Part shown: positions 31,025 through 39,662 of the stretch, piece after piece | Layout of the letters: each line of letters opens with the position of its first letter | How positions within the stretch are numbered: position 1 is the stretch's first letter | Source of the DNA: a virus | Taxonomy: Duplodnaviria; Heunggongvirae; Uroviricota; Caudoviricetes | Strand: one strand, 5' to 3' | DNA: 64,000 nucleotides | Virus record (IMG/VR): IMGVR_UViG_3300013902_000001 | Location: 84,000 to 147,999 of that record | Translations under genes and position numbers: made by a program | The notes under the pieces: generated by a model | Told to the model about the DNA's origin: nothing | What the model saw: only the letters and a program-made list of their open reading frames with translations | Database searches by the model: none

Positions 31025-32983
31025 ATGAGTATTGTACTTTTTATTGCTTTAGGAGTAGTTTTACTTCTAGTGCTGGGGACTTTTATCCTCTTGATGACTC
31101 GATATAAAAAGGTCGAGCCAGATTCAGTAATGTTCGTCTTTGGTAAAACCAAAGGAATCTCAGCTGCAAAAGCTTATCATGGCGGTGCTGCATTTATATG
31201 GCCTGTAATACAAGGTTATAAAACAATGTCCATGAAGCCTATGCAAATTACCTGTGATTTGAAAGAAGCTCTTTCTCGCCAAAAGATTAAAGTAAACGTT
31301 CCTACTGTGGTAACAGTAGCAGTTAGTAAAGATCCGACTATAATGATTAATGCTGCTGTTCGTTTATTAGGTCTTGATGAAAATGAAAAAGAGAATCAAA
31401 TCAAAGATGTTATCTGGGGTCAGATGAGGTTGGTAATTGCTGAGATGGATGTTGAACAATTGATTTCCGATCGAGAGAATTTCTTAGGTTCTTGTAAAAA
31501 GAATATCGAAGAAGAGCTTAAGAAGTTTGGTTTGGATTTGCTTAATATCAATATCGCTGATATTACTGACGAAGCCAACTATATTACTAACCTAGGTAAA
31601 GAAGCTGCTAAGAAAGCAGAATATGAAGCTCTGGCTAGTATAGAGAAACGAGAGAAAGAAGGAAAGATTGGTATTGAAACTCAAAGGAGTGAGCGAGATA
31701 TTAAACTTTCTGAAATTACTCGTGATCGAGAAATCAACGTATCTGAAAACCAGAAACAACAAGCAATCAAAACTACTGAAATTAATCGAATTAAAGCAAC
31801 TACTACTTCTAATACTGAGAAGGAACGTGATATTCAACTTCGAGAAATTGAGAAGGAGAAGAATGTCAAGGTAACTGAACAAGAAAAAGAAGAGGCTGTT
31901 TCTGTTGCTTCCATTCAGAAAGATCAGGCTGTTGCAGTGGCAACAGTCGATTCTGAAAAGAAACAGCAAGTTGCTGAACAGGAGAGATTGCGAGATGTTG
32001 AGGTTGCTAAGCAAGCTGCTGAAAGAGATGCTGAAGTTGCTGAAAAAAATGCTGCTTCTGCTACTAAACAAGCACAAGCTAAACAACAATCTCAAGCTGC
32101 TATTGTAGAAGCAGAACAAGATTCTCAAGCTAAGCAAGTAGCTGCAGGTCAAAGGTCTGAAGCTGCTAAAGTAAAAGCAAAGCAGGAAAAAGAATCTAAT
32201 ATCGCTCAATACGAAGCAGACACTCGTAAGAAGAAAGCAGATGCAGAAAAAGATGCTAAAGTTACTGAGAATAAAAATGGTGTAGAGATTGCAAAATCAA
32301 ATGCCATTCTCGGTAAAGAGCAAGCAGAAGCAACTCGAATTGTAGGCGAATCAAAAGCCCTCGCAGACGAAGCTGTAGGTAAAGCCGAAGCTAAGAAGAA
32401 TGAAGAGATTGCTAAGGCACTAGCCAAAGCAAAACAAGAAGAGTTAAATGCAACTGTAATTGTTCAAGCAGAAGCTGAAGCCAAACGTAAGAAAACTGAA
32501 GCTGAAGGTATTAAAGCTAAGACTATAGTTGAAGCAGAAGCTGATGCTGAGGCGATACGTCTCAAAGCACAAGCAGAAGCTGATGCTATCAGGCTTAAGA
32601 AACTAGCTGAAGCAGAAGGCGAACTTCGTATGGCAGAAGTAACCAAAGCACTCAAATCTGCAGAAACTCAAAACATTGTAAATCTTAAACAGTCTGGTGT
32701 TGATGATGCTACAGTTGCTCAGTATATTCTTCGTGATGAGTATAAGCTCATTGCTGAAGCAGATGCCAAGAAGTTTGAGCACGTTCAGACTGGTAATGTT
32801 ACAGTGGTTGGAGATGCAAGTACTGCTGGAGATTTTATGCTTAACACAGTTAAGAAAATCTCAGAACTTTCTTCTGTTAAAGGGTTAATTCCTGGTCTTC
32901 CTGGACTTTTTGGCAAATTGAATCAGTTTGACGATAAGAATACTAAGACGGAAGAATTTCCTCCTGTAGAGAATAAAGATTAA
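31025..32983 (+). CDS. Flotillin-like SPFH/band-7 domain protein with a long EA-rich coiled coil
   Basis: N-terminal TM segment, then an SPFH-like region (VMFVFGKT...FIWPVIQGYKTMSMKPMQITCDLKEALSRQKIKVNVPTVVTVAV...). Then about 350 aa of (A/E/K/Q)-rich repeats. Confidence 0.65.
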   Translation: MSIVLFIALGVVLLLVLGTFILLMTRYKKVEPDSVMFVFGKTKGISAAKAYHGGAAFIWPVIQGYKTMSMKPMQITCDLKEALSRQKIKVNVPTVVTVAVSKDPTIMINAAVRLLGLDENEKENQIKDVIWGQMRLVIAEMDVEQLISDRENFLGSCKKNIEEELKKFGLDLLNINIADITDEANYITNLGKEAAKKAEYEALASIEKREKEGKIGIETQRSERDIKLSEITRDREINVSENQKQQAIKTTEINRIKATTTSNTEKERDIQLREIEKEKNVKVTEQEKEEAVSVASIQKDQAVAVATVDSEKKQQVAEQERLRDVEVAKQAAERDAEVAEKNAASATKQAQAKQQSQAAIVEAEQDSQAKQVAAGQRSEAAKVKAKQEKESNIAQYEADTRKKKADAEKDAKVTENKNGVEIAKSNAILGKEQAEATRIVGESKALADEAVGKAEAKKNEEIAKALAKAKQEELNATVIVQAEAEAKRKKTEAEGIKAKTIVEAEADAEAIRLKAQAEADAIRLKKLAEAEGELRMAEVTKALKSAETQNIVNLKQSGVDDATVAQYILRDEYKLIAEADAKKFEHVQTGNVTVVGDASTAGDFMLNTVKKISELSSVKGLIPGLPGLFGKLNQFDDKNTKTEEFPPVENKD

Positions 32984-33149
32984 TGTTTTCATATTTTGTT
33001 TTTAATTGGTTATTTTAAGAAAATTTTCGTTGTGAAACGAGAATTACTTAGGGAAAGTGGATTGGTTTCCACTTTCCTTTCTCAGTTTTGCGTTTTTGTT
33101 ATTTTATTTTTTATTTTCTTCCTACTGTCGTGAGATAGGAGGAAGTTTT

Positions 33150-33290
33150 GGCTCCTTAGCTCAGCTGGATAGAGCAACAGCCTTCATAGTGATAATAACA
33201 CTTAAAAATTGCGTGTAAAAGGTTAATATAGGTTCGATTCCTATTACATGCCTAAGCTGTGGGTCGAAAGTTCAAATCTTTCAGGAGTCA
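33150..33290 (+). tRNA. tRNA-like gene (cloverleaf intact) interrupted by a 67-nt insertion in the anticodon loop. Arg(CCU) if spliced at a U/G junction
   Basis: Acceptor GGCTCCT/AGGAGTC. D-arm GCTC-AGCTGGATA-GAGC. Anticodon stem ACAGC(33177-33181)/GCTGT(33256-33260). Loop residues CT|...G|CCTAA. Variable GGGTC. T-arm GAAAG-TTCAAAT-CTTTC. The insert 33184-33250 contains a T-arm-like ATAGG-TTCGATT-CCTAT. Confidence 0.4.
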
Positions 33291-33308
33291 CTAACTATTT
33301 ATAGGAAT

Positions 33309-33593
33309 ATGGTTAAAAATTTAATTTCATCGAAAGTTGCAGTAGAAACTGCACAGAAGGTAAACCGCGACAATTGGTTGCGGAATGCAGCTAGTAAGCT
33401 GAATGAGCAAATTCTTAATGCTTCTAATCAAGGTCGTCGTGAATTGTGTGTAGATCTTCAAGACATGGTTCAGGGTGCTGAAAACATGTATGAGGCAGGT
33501 GAGATGCTCGTTTTGCTGTCTGATGCTCTTAATCAAAAGGGTTATCAGTCAGTAATTACCTTCCCGAGTGCTTGCTGTGTTATTACATGGTAA
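33309..33593 (+). CDS. Hypothetical protein
   Basis: ORF track, 94 aa. Confidence 0.3.
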   Translation: MVKNLISSKVAVETAQKVNRDNWLRNAASKLNEQILNASNQGRRELCVDLQDMVQGAENMYEAGEMLVLLSDALNQKGYQSVITFPSACCVITW

Positions 33594-33621
33594 GTTTTAT
33601 CCCTCTATTTAGAGGGATTTT

Positions 33622-34077
33622 TTGATTATTATGAATAAGAAAAATATAAAAGGTAGCAAGCAGAATAATAGTAAGCCTGTTGCCAAAACTCAGACCAAAA
33701 AGAGTGGTCGAGTAAAAGTTGGTTCGGAAACTGTAGTAGTTTTGACTATTACTGAGCAAGGTCGTTTTTCTAAACGGCAATCTAATGCTTCTTCTAAAGC
33801 ACTTTGTCAGAAATTAGCCTTTGCTCCAGGTAAGTGTCCAAAAGATGCTCCTAAACCAAAAGGAATGGAATATCGAGAGCCAATCTATCACGATTGTGTG
33901 CGTCGTATGACTATTTCTGCAGAAGCTATTCGTTACTATATTAGTGATGATGCTTGTCCTTGGCGAGGAAAAGATGCTATGAAAAAATGGCGTAATGCTA
34001 CTCAACAAGAGCGTCTTGAAGCAAATCTAGCTACTACAGCAGAAGGAAAGCCTTTTGTTTTTGAAATTCTTAACTAA
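33622..34077 (+). CDS. Basic hypothetical protein
   Basis: K-rich N-terminus, 151 aa. Confidence 0.3.
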   Translation: MIIMNKKNIKGSKQNNSKPVAKTQTKKSGRVKVGSETVVVLTITEQGRFSKRQSNASSKALCQKLAFAPGKCPKDAPKPKGMEYREPIYHDCVRRMTISAEAIRYYISDDACPWRGKDAMKKWRNATQQERLEANLATTAEGKPFVFEILN

Positions 34078-34111
34078 TTAGTATCCCACTCCAGAAATGG
34101 GGTGAAATTTT

Positions 34112-35311
34112 TTGTTTATGAAAACTCCAGAAAATATAAGAAAATTTCGAAAATATCTAAAGGATAATAACATTCAAGAACATGTGATAGATTTCTCGGA
34201 TCCAGAAGCAATTGTTATTGGAGCATATTGTAGTTTAGCAGGACCTTATAAATTTCATTTTTATGAGTTTAGTAAATTCGGAATGATTCATTTTACTCCT
34301 AGAGGGCAAGTTACTAGTAATTTTGGAATTTATAGACTATTAATAGAATCAGCTTTAATTGATAAAAAATTAATAAAATTAGGTATTGTTTTAACAGTTT
34401 ATAGGTATAGTATTCTTAAATGGATTTATGATCACCAAAAACTTGTTAAAAATCTCAATGATTTAGGATTAAACTTCGATGAATATCTATATGATAGAAT
34501 TATTTCTGAAGATTCCAATCCTAAAAAAGCCTTTAAATATGATCCTAGAATTTATTTAAGTGCTCAGCATAATCATAATAATTATGACACTACTTATAAA
34601 GCAATTGATTATATTCAAAGTGTTTTAAAAGAATCGTGGAAATTTTATCAAGATAAAAACTATGATTATAATACTAGAGTTTTATTATTAAGTAAATCTG
34701 AATTTAGTTATGGTCCAGCCTTAGGTAATTATACAAAAGATCCTAAGTTAGTCCGATATATTGCCGAACACAATAGTTCGAAGTTGCGCGATTATTGGAA
34801 TATGAGAGATAAACTTAAAGAATTTGTAAATCTAAAAGATTATCCGAAATTTCCACAAAATTTGTCTAAAAAACATGATGAATTAGTAGTTTTTTACAAT
34901 AAATATCAAGACAAGCTTCAGAAAGAAAAGTTAATTCCACTACAAAAAGAATATGAGAAAAAATTCTTAAAATCTGCTAAAAAATATGAGTATGAATTTG
35001 AGGATTATATAATTAAAACATGTTCTGATTTAATGGAATTGATTGTCGAAGGACGAGAATTAAATCATTGTGTAGCTAGTTATACAGATTCCGTTTCAAA
35101 AGGTAAAGAATATATCTTATTTTTAAGAAAGAAATCTGAGCCAGAAATTCCTTTTTATACTATTGATCTTATCCCTGATGGGCGAATTCGACAAATTCGT
35201 GGAAAATGTAATTGTTTGCTTACTCCAGAATTAAAACAAATTATTCAACCTTGGATTCAAAAGTTTAATTTAACTGGAAATCCAGACGAAATTCATTATC
35301 ATTTATGGTAG
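34112..35311 (+). CDS. PcfJ-like domain protein
   Basis: The C-terminal EGRELNHCVASYTDSVSKGKEYILFLRK...IPDGRIRQIRGKCNCLLTPE resembles the PcfJ-like family. Confidence 0.35.
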   Translation: MFMKTPENIRKFRKYLKDNNIQEHVIDFSDPEAIVIGAYCSLAGPYKFHFYEFSKFGMIHFTPRGQVTSNFGIYRLLIESALIDKKLIKLGIVLTVYRYSILKWIYDHQKLVKNLNDLGLNFDEYLYDRIISEDSNPKKAFKYDPRIYLSAQHNHNNYDTTYKAIDYIQSVLKESWKFYQDKNYDYNTRVLLLSKSEFSYGPALGNYTKDPKLVRYIAEHNSSKLRDYWNMRDKLKEFVNLKDYPKFPQNLSKKHDELVVFYNKYQDKLQKEKLIPLQKEYEKKFLKSAKKYEYEFEDYIIKTCSDLMELIVEGRELNHCVASYTDSVSKGKEYILFLRKKSEPEIPFYTIDLIPDGRIRQIRGKCNCLLTPELKQIIQPWIQKFNLTGNPDEIHYHLW

Positions 35312-35457
35312 ATAGTAAAGAATTAATCGATCAAAGACAATATGCAGTCTATGCTCATCAATTTAGGGCATGGTTTACAGCATTTTATGATAAGGATAGT
35401 AATTCCTGGGACACTGAAACCAGTAGAATTCCTATTGGAGAAACTGACGAATGTATT

Positions 35458-35486
35458 CTATTACCTAGTTATGACTAGGTAATAGA
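35458..35486 (+). terminator. Perfect 12-bp hairpin; a possible terminator or RNA structure
   Basis: CTATTACCTAGT-TATGA-ACTAGGTAATAG. Confidence 0.35.
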
Positions 35487-35865
35487 TTTTATGGGCCTAG
35501 TTGGTTTTGATTCACATTAGTGAAATATAAATCTGTCAGGATGGTAACGCCCTACGTTGTTGTGTATATCCTTCAATTTTTTTACATTTCAACAATACGT
35601 TACGAAAACAATAAATGCAGATAGCTACAAAGCTTTCCGTGCTGCTGCTTAATTAGCAAGCACCTGGTAATGCTCAACCAAGGAACATAATGAGCATGGC
35701 AGTTTCCTCGTTCTTAAAATGAGGTGGTGGAGGTGGATATCAAACCGATATCCCCGAAGAGATAAAACACTCTTAAAAAGGTTATGACAGTAAAGAATTT
35801 ATATTAAACGGTGCTGAAGACGACAGTTCGATTCTGTCTAGGTCCACATTAAATTTTTAATCAAT

Positions 35866-36900
35866 ATGAATGCAATAATTCAATCAGGAAACATTTTCTC
35901 ATTTGCAGATATAGATTCTGCGAATGAGAAACTTCCATTAGGAGTTTACACTGTAGCATTTTCCGATCTTAAGGGATTTTTCTTGCAAAAATCAAATCCC
36001 CTAACACTTCCAGAGAAAATCTATGGTGATATGTCTATAGTTCAACGAGCTATAGATGTTTATCAAAGAAAAGAAGGCAATTTTGGGTTACTTCTTTCTG
36101 GATTAAAAGGCGCTGGTAAAACTCTTACTATGCGTAAGTTAGCTATAGATTTGAATCAACCTGTAATTATTCTTAATGATGCTTTTGTTAAGTATCAAGT
36201 AGAATTAATCAAATTCCTTTCAGATCCTCGATTAGGTGATGTAACTATTCTCATAGATGAATTTGAAAAGATCTTCGAAAATGATGATGCAACTCCCCTC
36301 TCACTTCTAGATGGCTTATTTAATTGCCATAATTTTTATATATTAACCTGTAATAAGGCTTATGTTAATGAAAATCTCATTAATCGGCCAGGTCGAATTT
36401 ATTATCATAAAAATTATGAAGGGTTAGATGAGCCTATAATAGAAGAAGTAATTAATGATATGTTAATAAACAAATCTAATAAAGAAGAATTAATAATGGA
36501 ATTAGATTCTATTCCTAATCTATCTTTTGATATGCTAATTTCCATTATCAACGATCTTAATCAATTCGGAGATACACCTAAGAAAACAATTTCTTATTTC
36601 GGATTTGAAAAGGAAGGAATTCTATTTACAAGTTATCAGATTATGAATGGACATGCTATTCAACGTGATCAAAATATATCATTTACCCCAGAAGAAGATG
36701 AACTTTTATGGCTCGAGTACCGATATATTAGCGATGATGGGAAAGAAATTTCTGATACATGTCGAATAAAAATCGCTAACTTAGTTAAAATTGCTCCGAG
36801 AAGATATAAAGTTTCTACTACAGATGGTACTTTTAATAAACAAGTCGTAACATTTGAATTAGAAATTCAAAGAAAAAGAATTTATAATTATATTCTATAA
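35866..36900 (+). CDS. AAA+ ATPase
   Basis: Walker A LSGLKGAGKTLT; Walker B VTILIDEFEK. Confidence 0.55.
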   Translation: MNAIIQSGNIFSFADIDSANEKLPLGVYTVAFSDLKGFFLQKSNPLTLPEKIYGDMSIVQRAIDVYQRKEGNFGLLLSGLKGAGKTLTMRKLAIDLNQPVIILNDAFVKYQVELIKFLSDPRLGDVTILIDEFEKIFENDDATPLSLLDGLFNCHNFYILTCNKAYVNENLINRPGRIYYHKNYEGLDEPIIEEVINDMLINKSNKEELIMELDSIPNLSFDMLISIINDLNQFGDTPKKTISYFGFEKEGILFTSYQIMNGHAIQRDQNISFTPEEDELLWLEYRYISDDGKEISDTCRIKIANLVKIAPRRYKVSTTDGTFNKQVVTFELEIQRKRIYNYIL

Positions 36901-36901
36901 T

Positions 36902-37219
36902 ATGGTTAATTACACAGTAGATCAGGCAACAAAAACAGTTCGTTGCATTATTAACATTTCTACTGGAAATGTTAAAGGAACTTACGTAGGTAAGGCGGTT
37001 TGTAGTATTCACGATAATTTTGATAAAGATCGTGGAGAAAAGATTGCTTTTAAACGAGCTTTACTCAAACTTAAACGAGCAGAAGTTCGTTATCACACGA
37101 GTCAAGCTAAATGGGCTAAAGAGTGGGCAGATGTCTATTCTAAATCCTTAAAAGCTATTGATCACAACACTCGTAGGATTCAAGAATTGATTGGAGAGAT
37201 TGACGATTTGTCAGTATGA
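36902..37219 (+). CDS. Hypothetical protein
   Basis: ORF track, 105 aa. Confidence 0.3.
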   Translation: MVNYTVDQATKTVRCIINISTGNVKGTYVGKAVCSIHDNFDKDRGEKIAFKRALLKLKRAEVRYHTSQAKWAKEWADVYSKSLKAIDHNTRRIQELIGEIDDLSV

Positions 37220-37479
37220 TTTTAGTTATTTATTTACTTTTAGGAATATTGTTTAGTGGAATCTGTCTAAATACTTATTTAGATGGATTTCCACTAAAAA
37301 ATATTATTCCTATAATGTTAATTATTATAGTATTTTGGCCATTAGTATTAGGATTTTACCTATTTCTATGGTTTACTAAATAGGCAATAGTTTAAGTAAA
37401 ACGCATAATGTGGGTTTGAATCCCGCTTGCCTTCTATGGAAGAATTAATCAAAATGTTATCCTATTGAAATAGCAATTT

Positions 37480-37803
37480 ATGGAAACGTCCCATCTCTTC
37501 AAGATAATCGAACTCTTAAAAAGTAATGATGAAGAATCTCGCAATCTAGGAATGAAGCTTTTAAAAGAACACAAAAATGAGTTTGGAAAGAAAGCTAAAT
37601 ATTATTATAATGGGAAAGTTATGCCTATTAGATCTTTTCCGTTTCGAAAAGTTTTATTAACTTTTTCAAATCCATATAATGAGGATCATGTTTCTGGAAG
37701 ATTTAAGAATTTTAATGTTTGGAATATCGATTTAAAAACTTTAGAAAATGCGATATATTATCAAGAACAAGTGGAGAAAAATGCTTCAGAGCGAAGATCC
37801 TGA
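37480..37803 (+). CDS. Paralog-family member A (HEAT-like N-terminal motif)
   Basis: FKIIELLKSNDEESRNLGMKLL. Confidence 0.4.
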   Translation: METSHLFKIIELLKSNDEESRNLGMKLLKEHKNEFGKKAKYYYNGKVMPIRSFPFRKVLLTFSNPYNEDHVSGRFKNFNVWNIDLKTLENAIYYQEQVEKNASERRS

Positions 37804-38122
37804 AGTTCAAAATTTAGCTTTACAAGCTATTAAATCTGATAAATGGATTAGATTTTGGATTAAGTTTATAGGAAATACTGTTTGTATAGAGTGTCCTGCT
37901 TTTAAAAATTGGATCTCAAAATCCTATATCATTAATAGGAATTTTATTGAAATTAAGGAAATGGGAGATATTTCATTAAATTGTTTGATAAATTTAAAAT
38001 ATCCGTCTATTAAAAAATTGCGATATTCTATTATATATAACTTTAAACATGGATATTATAGAAATGATTTCGTCTCTAGATTGAGAAGTAGTAATTCTAG
38101 GATTGAAGATGATTCAAGATGA
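37781..38122 (+). CDS. Paralog-family member B
   Basis: MLQSEDPEVQNLALQAIKSDKW, starting at the internal ATG 37781. Confidence 0.35.
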   Translation: MLQSEDPEVQNLALQAIKSDKWIRFWIKFIGNTVCIECPAFKNWISKSYIINRNFIEIKEMGDISLNCLINLKYPSIKKLRYSIIYNFKHGYYRNDFVSRLRSSNSRIEDDSR

Positions 38123-38305
38123 TTTTTTAAAATGGTTTCAAATTCATTTTTATAATTCATCATATTGTAGATTTACTTATAATGAAGTTATAGCCTTATT
38201 TAAAAATTTAAATACCTTAGAAATATATCAAATTATATTCAATTTATTTATCATACTTATATTACAGCAAGGTTAAGAAACCTTTTATTAATATGATTAA
38301 AGCTT

Positions 38306-38533
38306 ATGAAGATCAGCGAATTACTGGCTAACAAGGATATTGAAACGTTTTTATTAGGAGTTAGGGCTTTACCTGAAGATTTTTATCAATGGGCTAGAGA
38401 AGTTAAACAATATACAATTTGTCATACAGTTTCAATTTCTGTTAATATTTCCAGAATTACTGCTATTTTATATTTCGAAAAAGTTTGGTTTGAAGATTTA
38501 TCGGGAGTGAAGTTTTATTATGAACATATCTGA
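38306..38533 (+). CDS. Paralog-family member C
   Basis: MKISELLANKDIETFLLGVRAL. Confidence 0.45.
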   Translation: MKISELLANKDIETFLLGVRALPEDFYQWAREVKQYTICHTVSISVNISRITAILYFEKVWFEDLSGVKFYYEHI

Positions 38534-38804
38534 ATTACTATCTTCTAAAGATCCAGAAACTATTCTTTTAGGCATAAAATTAATACCATTTGTTAAATTT
38601 TATCGATATATTAAATCTAGTAAACCTATTGCCTATAAAGCAATTTTATTACTATTAAGACATAGAAATCATTTAGAATTCTTATATCAGCCTTTTAATG
38701 AATATTATTCAGTCAGAATAAATATGAATAATTTTATAGGATTTCCTATATCAGTTCCGTACTTAAATCAATTATATCAACAATTCGAAAATGAAAATAT
38801 CTGA
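38520..38804 (+). CDS. Paralog-family member D
   Basis: MNISELLSSKDPETILLGIKLI ... LYQQFENENI; its start overlaps the stop of C. Confidence 0.45.
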   Translation: MNISELLSSKDPETILLGIKLIPFVKFYRYIKSSKPIAYKAILLLLRHRNHLEFLYQPFNEYYSVRINMNNFIGFPISVPYLNQLYQQFENENI

Positions 38805-39078
38805 TTTACTTAATACCAAGGATTCTGAATCTATTTCATTAGGAATAAGATTACTTTCTCAAACTGATTTTTTAGAATGGATAATATTAAATAAACATTA
38901 TCACGTAAGTTATGATTTAAGTCGAATATTTTATGGAAATGATTGGATTTATAATATGAAGCAAGCTATGATTGTATTTGAGGATTCGTATCAATCCATA
39001 AGATCTATATATCATTTCTTTAGTGTAAAATATTTATCAGAATTATGTCAAAAATATGAAGATTTCAGAAATGCTTAG
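38791..39078 (+). CDS. Paralog-family member E
   Basis: MKISDLLNTKDSESISLGIRLL ... QKYEDFRNA. Confidence 0.45.
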   Translation: MKISDLLNTKDSESISLGIRLLSQTDFLEWIILNKHYHVSYDLSRIFYGNDWIYNMKQAMIVFEDSYQSIRSIYHFFSVKYLSELCQKYEDFRNA

Positions 39079-39409
39079 TTCTTCAGATATAGAAACTGTG
39101 ATATTAGGATTATCGTTAATAGATAAATCCTTTTATGATTGGTTGCCTCAGAATTTATTTAAGATGGGTATAAAATTAAATTTGGAATATGTAAGTACAA
39201 TATTCTTTGACGAACAAGATACAATTGATTCGATTACTAAAATTTGTAATTCCAATTCAGTATATTTTTCGCATCCAATTCCTAAATTGTTATGGTGTAC
39301 TATGGGCTATTTATGTATTGATTCTGAAAATCAATTATATAAAATTAAGCAATCTGATTTAGTTACGTTATATGAACAATTTGAAAATTCTAGAAATTCT
39401 AAATTCTAG
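39056..39409 (+). CDS. Paralog-family member F
   Basis: MKISEMLSSSDIETVILGLSLI ... LYEQFENSRN. Confidence 0.45.
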   Translation: MKISEMLSSSDIETVILGLSLIDKSFYDWLPQNLFKMGIKLNLEYVSTIFFDEQDTIDSITKICNSNSVYFSHPIPKLLWCTMGYLCIDSENQLYKIKQSDLVTLYEQFENSRNSKF

Positions 39410-39662
39410 AGATTTGGAAAGTTTTTTACTGGGATTAAAACTATTGCCTCAAGATAAATTTATAGCATGGGCTAATGATTACGGATTTGATCATAGTAAA
39501 CACTTAACACATTCTATATATAAGTGTCTAAAACATCACATAGAATTCATATTAATAGACGAAAAACCTGTAATACTGGCAATGAGTCCTGGACAAACTT
39601 TTATTCAGCATCAATCTGAATTTGTAAACAATATAAAACAATTTTTCAATGAAATTTCTTGA
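39372..39662 (+). CDS. Paralog-family member G
   Basis: LKILEILNSRDLESFLLGLKLL. Confidence 0.4.
   Translation: MNNLKILEILNSRDLESFLLGLKLLPQDKFIAWANDYGFDHSKHLTHSIYKCLKHHIEFILIDEKPVILAMSPGQTFIQHQSEFVNNIKQFFNEIS

Noticed and set aside
31592-32655. Minus-strand ORFs 31592..32209, 32206..32427 and 32464..32655
   Set aside because: Antisense artefacts of the flotillin coiled-coil region. The repetitive GCT/GAA-rich coding sequence yields stop-free reverse frames with low-complexity S/A/L-rich translations.
31600-32700. Periodic EA-rich repeats that might look like a CRISPR array or tandem repeat
   Set aside because: They are in-frame codon repeats of a coiled-coil protein. There are no spacers and no separate direct-repeat units.
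33182-33188. Reading the interrupted tRNA at 33150 as an opal (UCA) suppressor
   Set aside because: TGA serves as a genuine stop in this genome (terL, the M15 peptidase, the gene ending at 10267). A UCA reading requires no splicing at all, and that leaves the anticodon stem unpaired.
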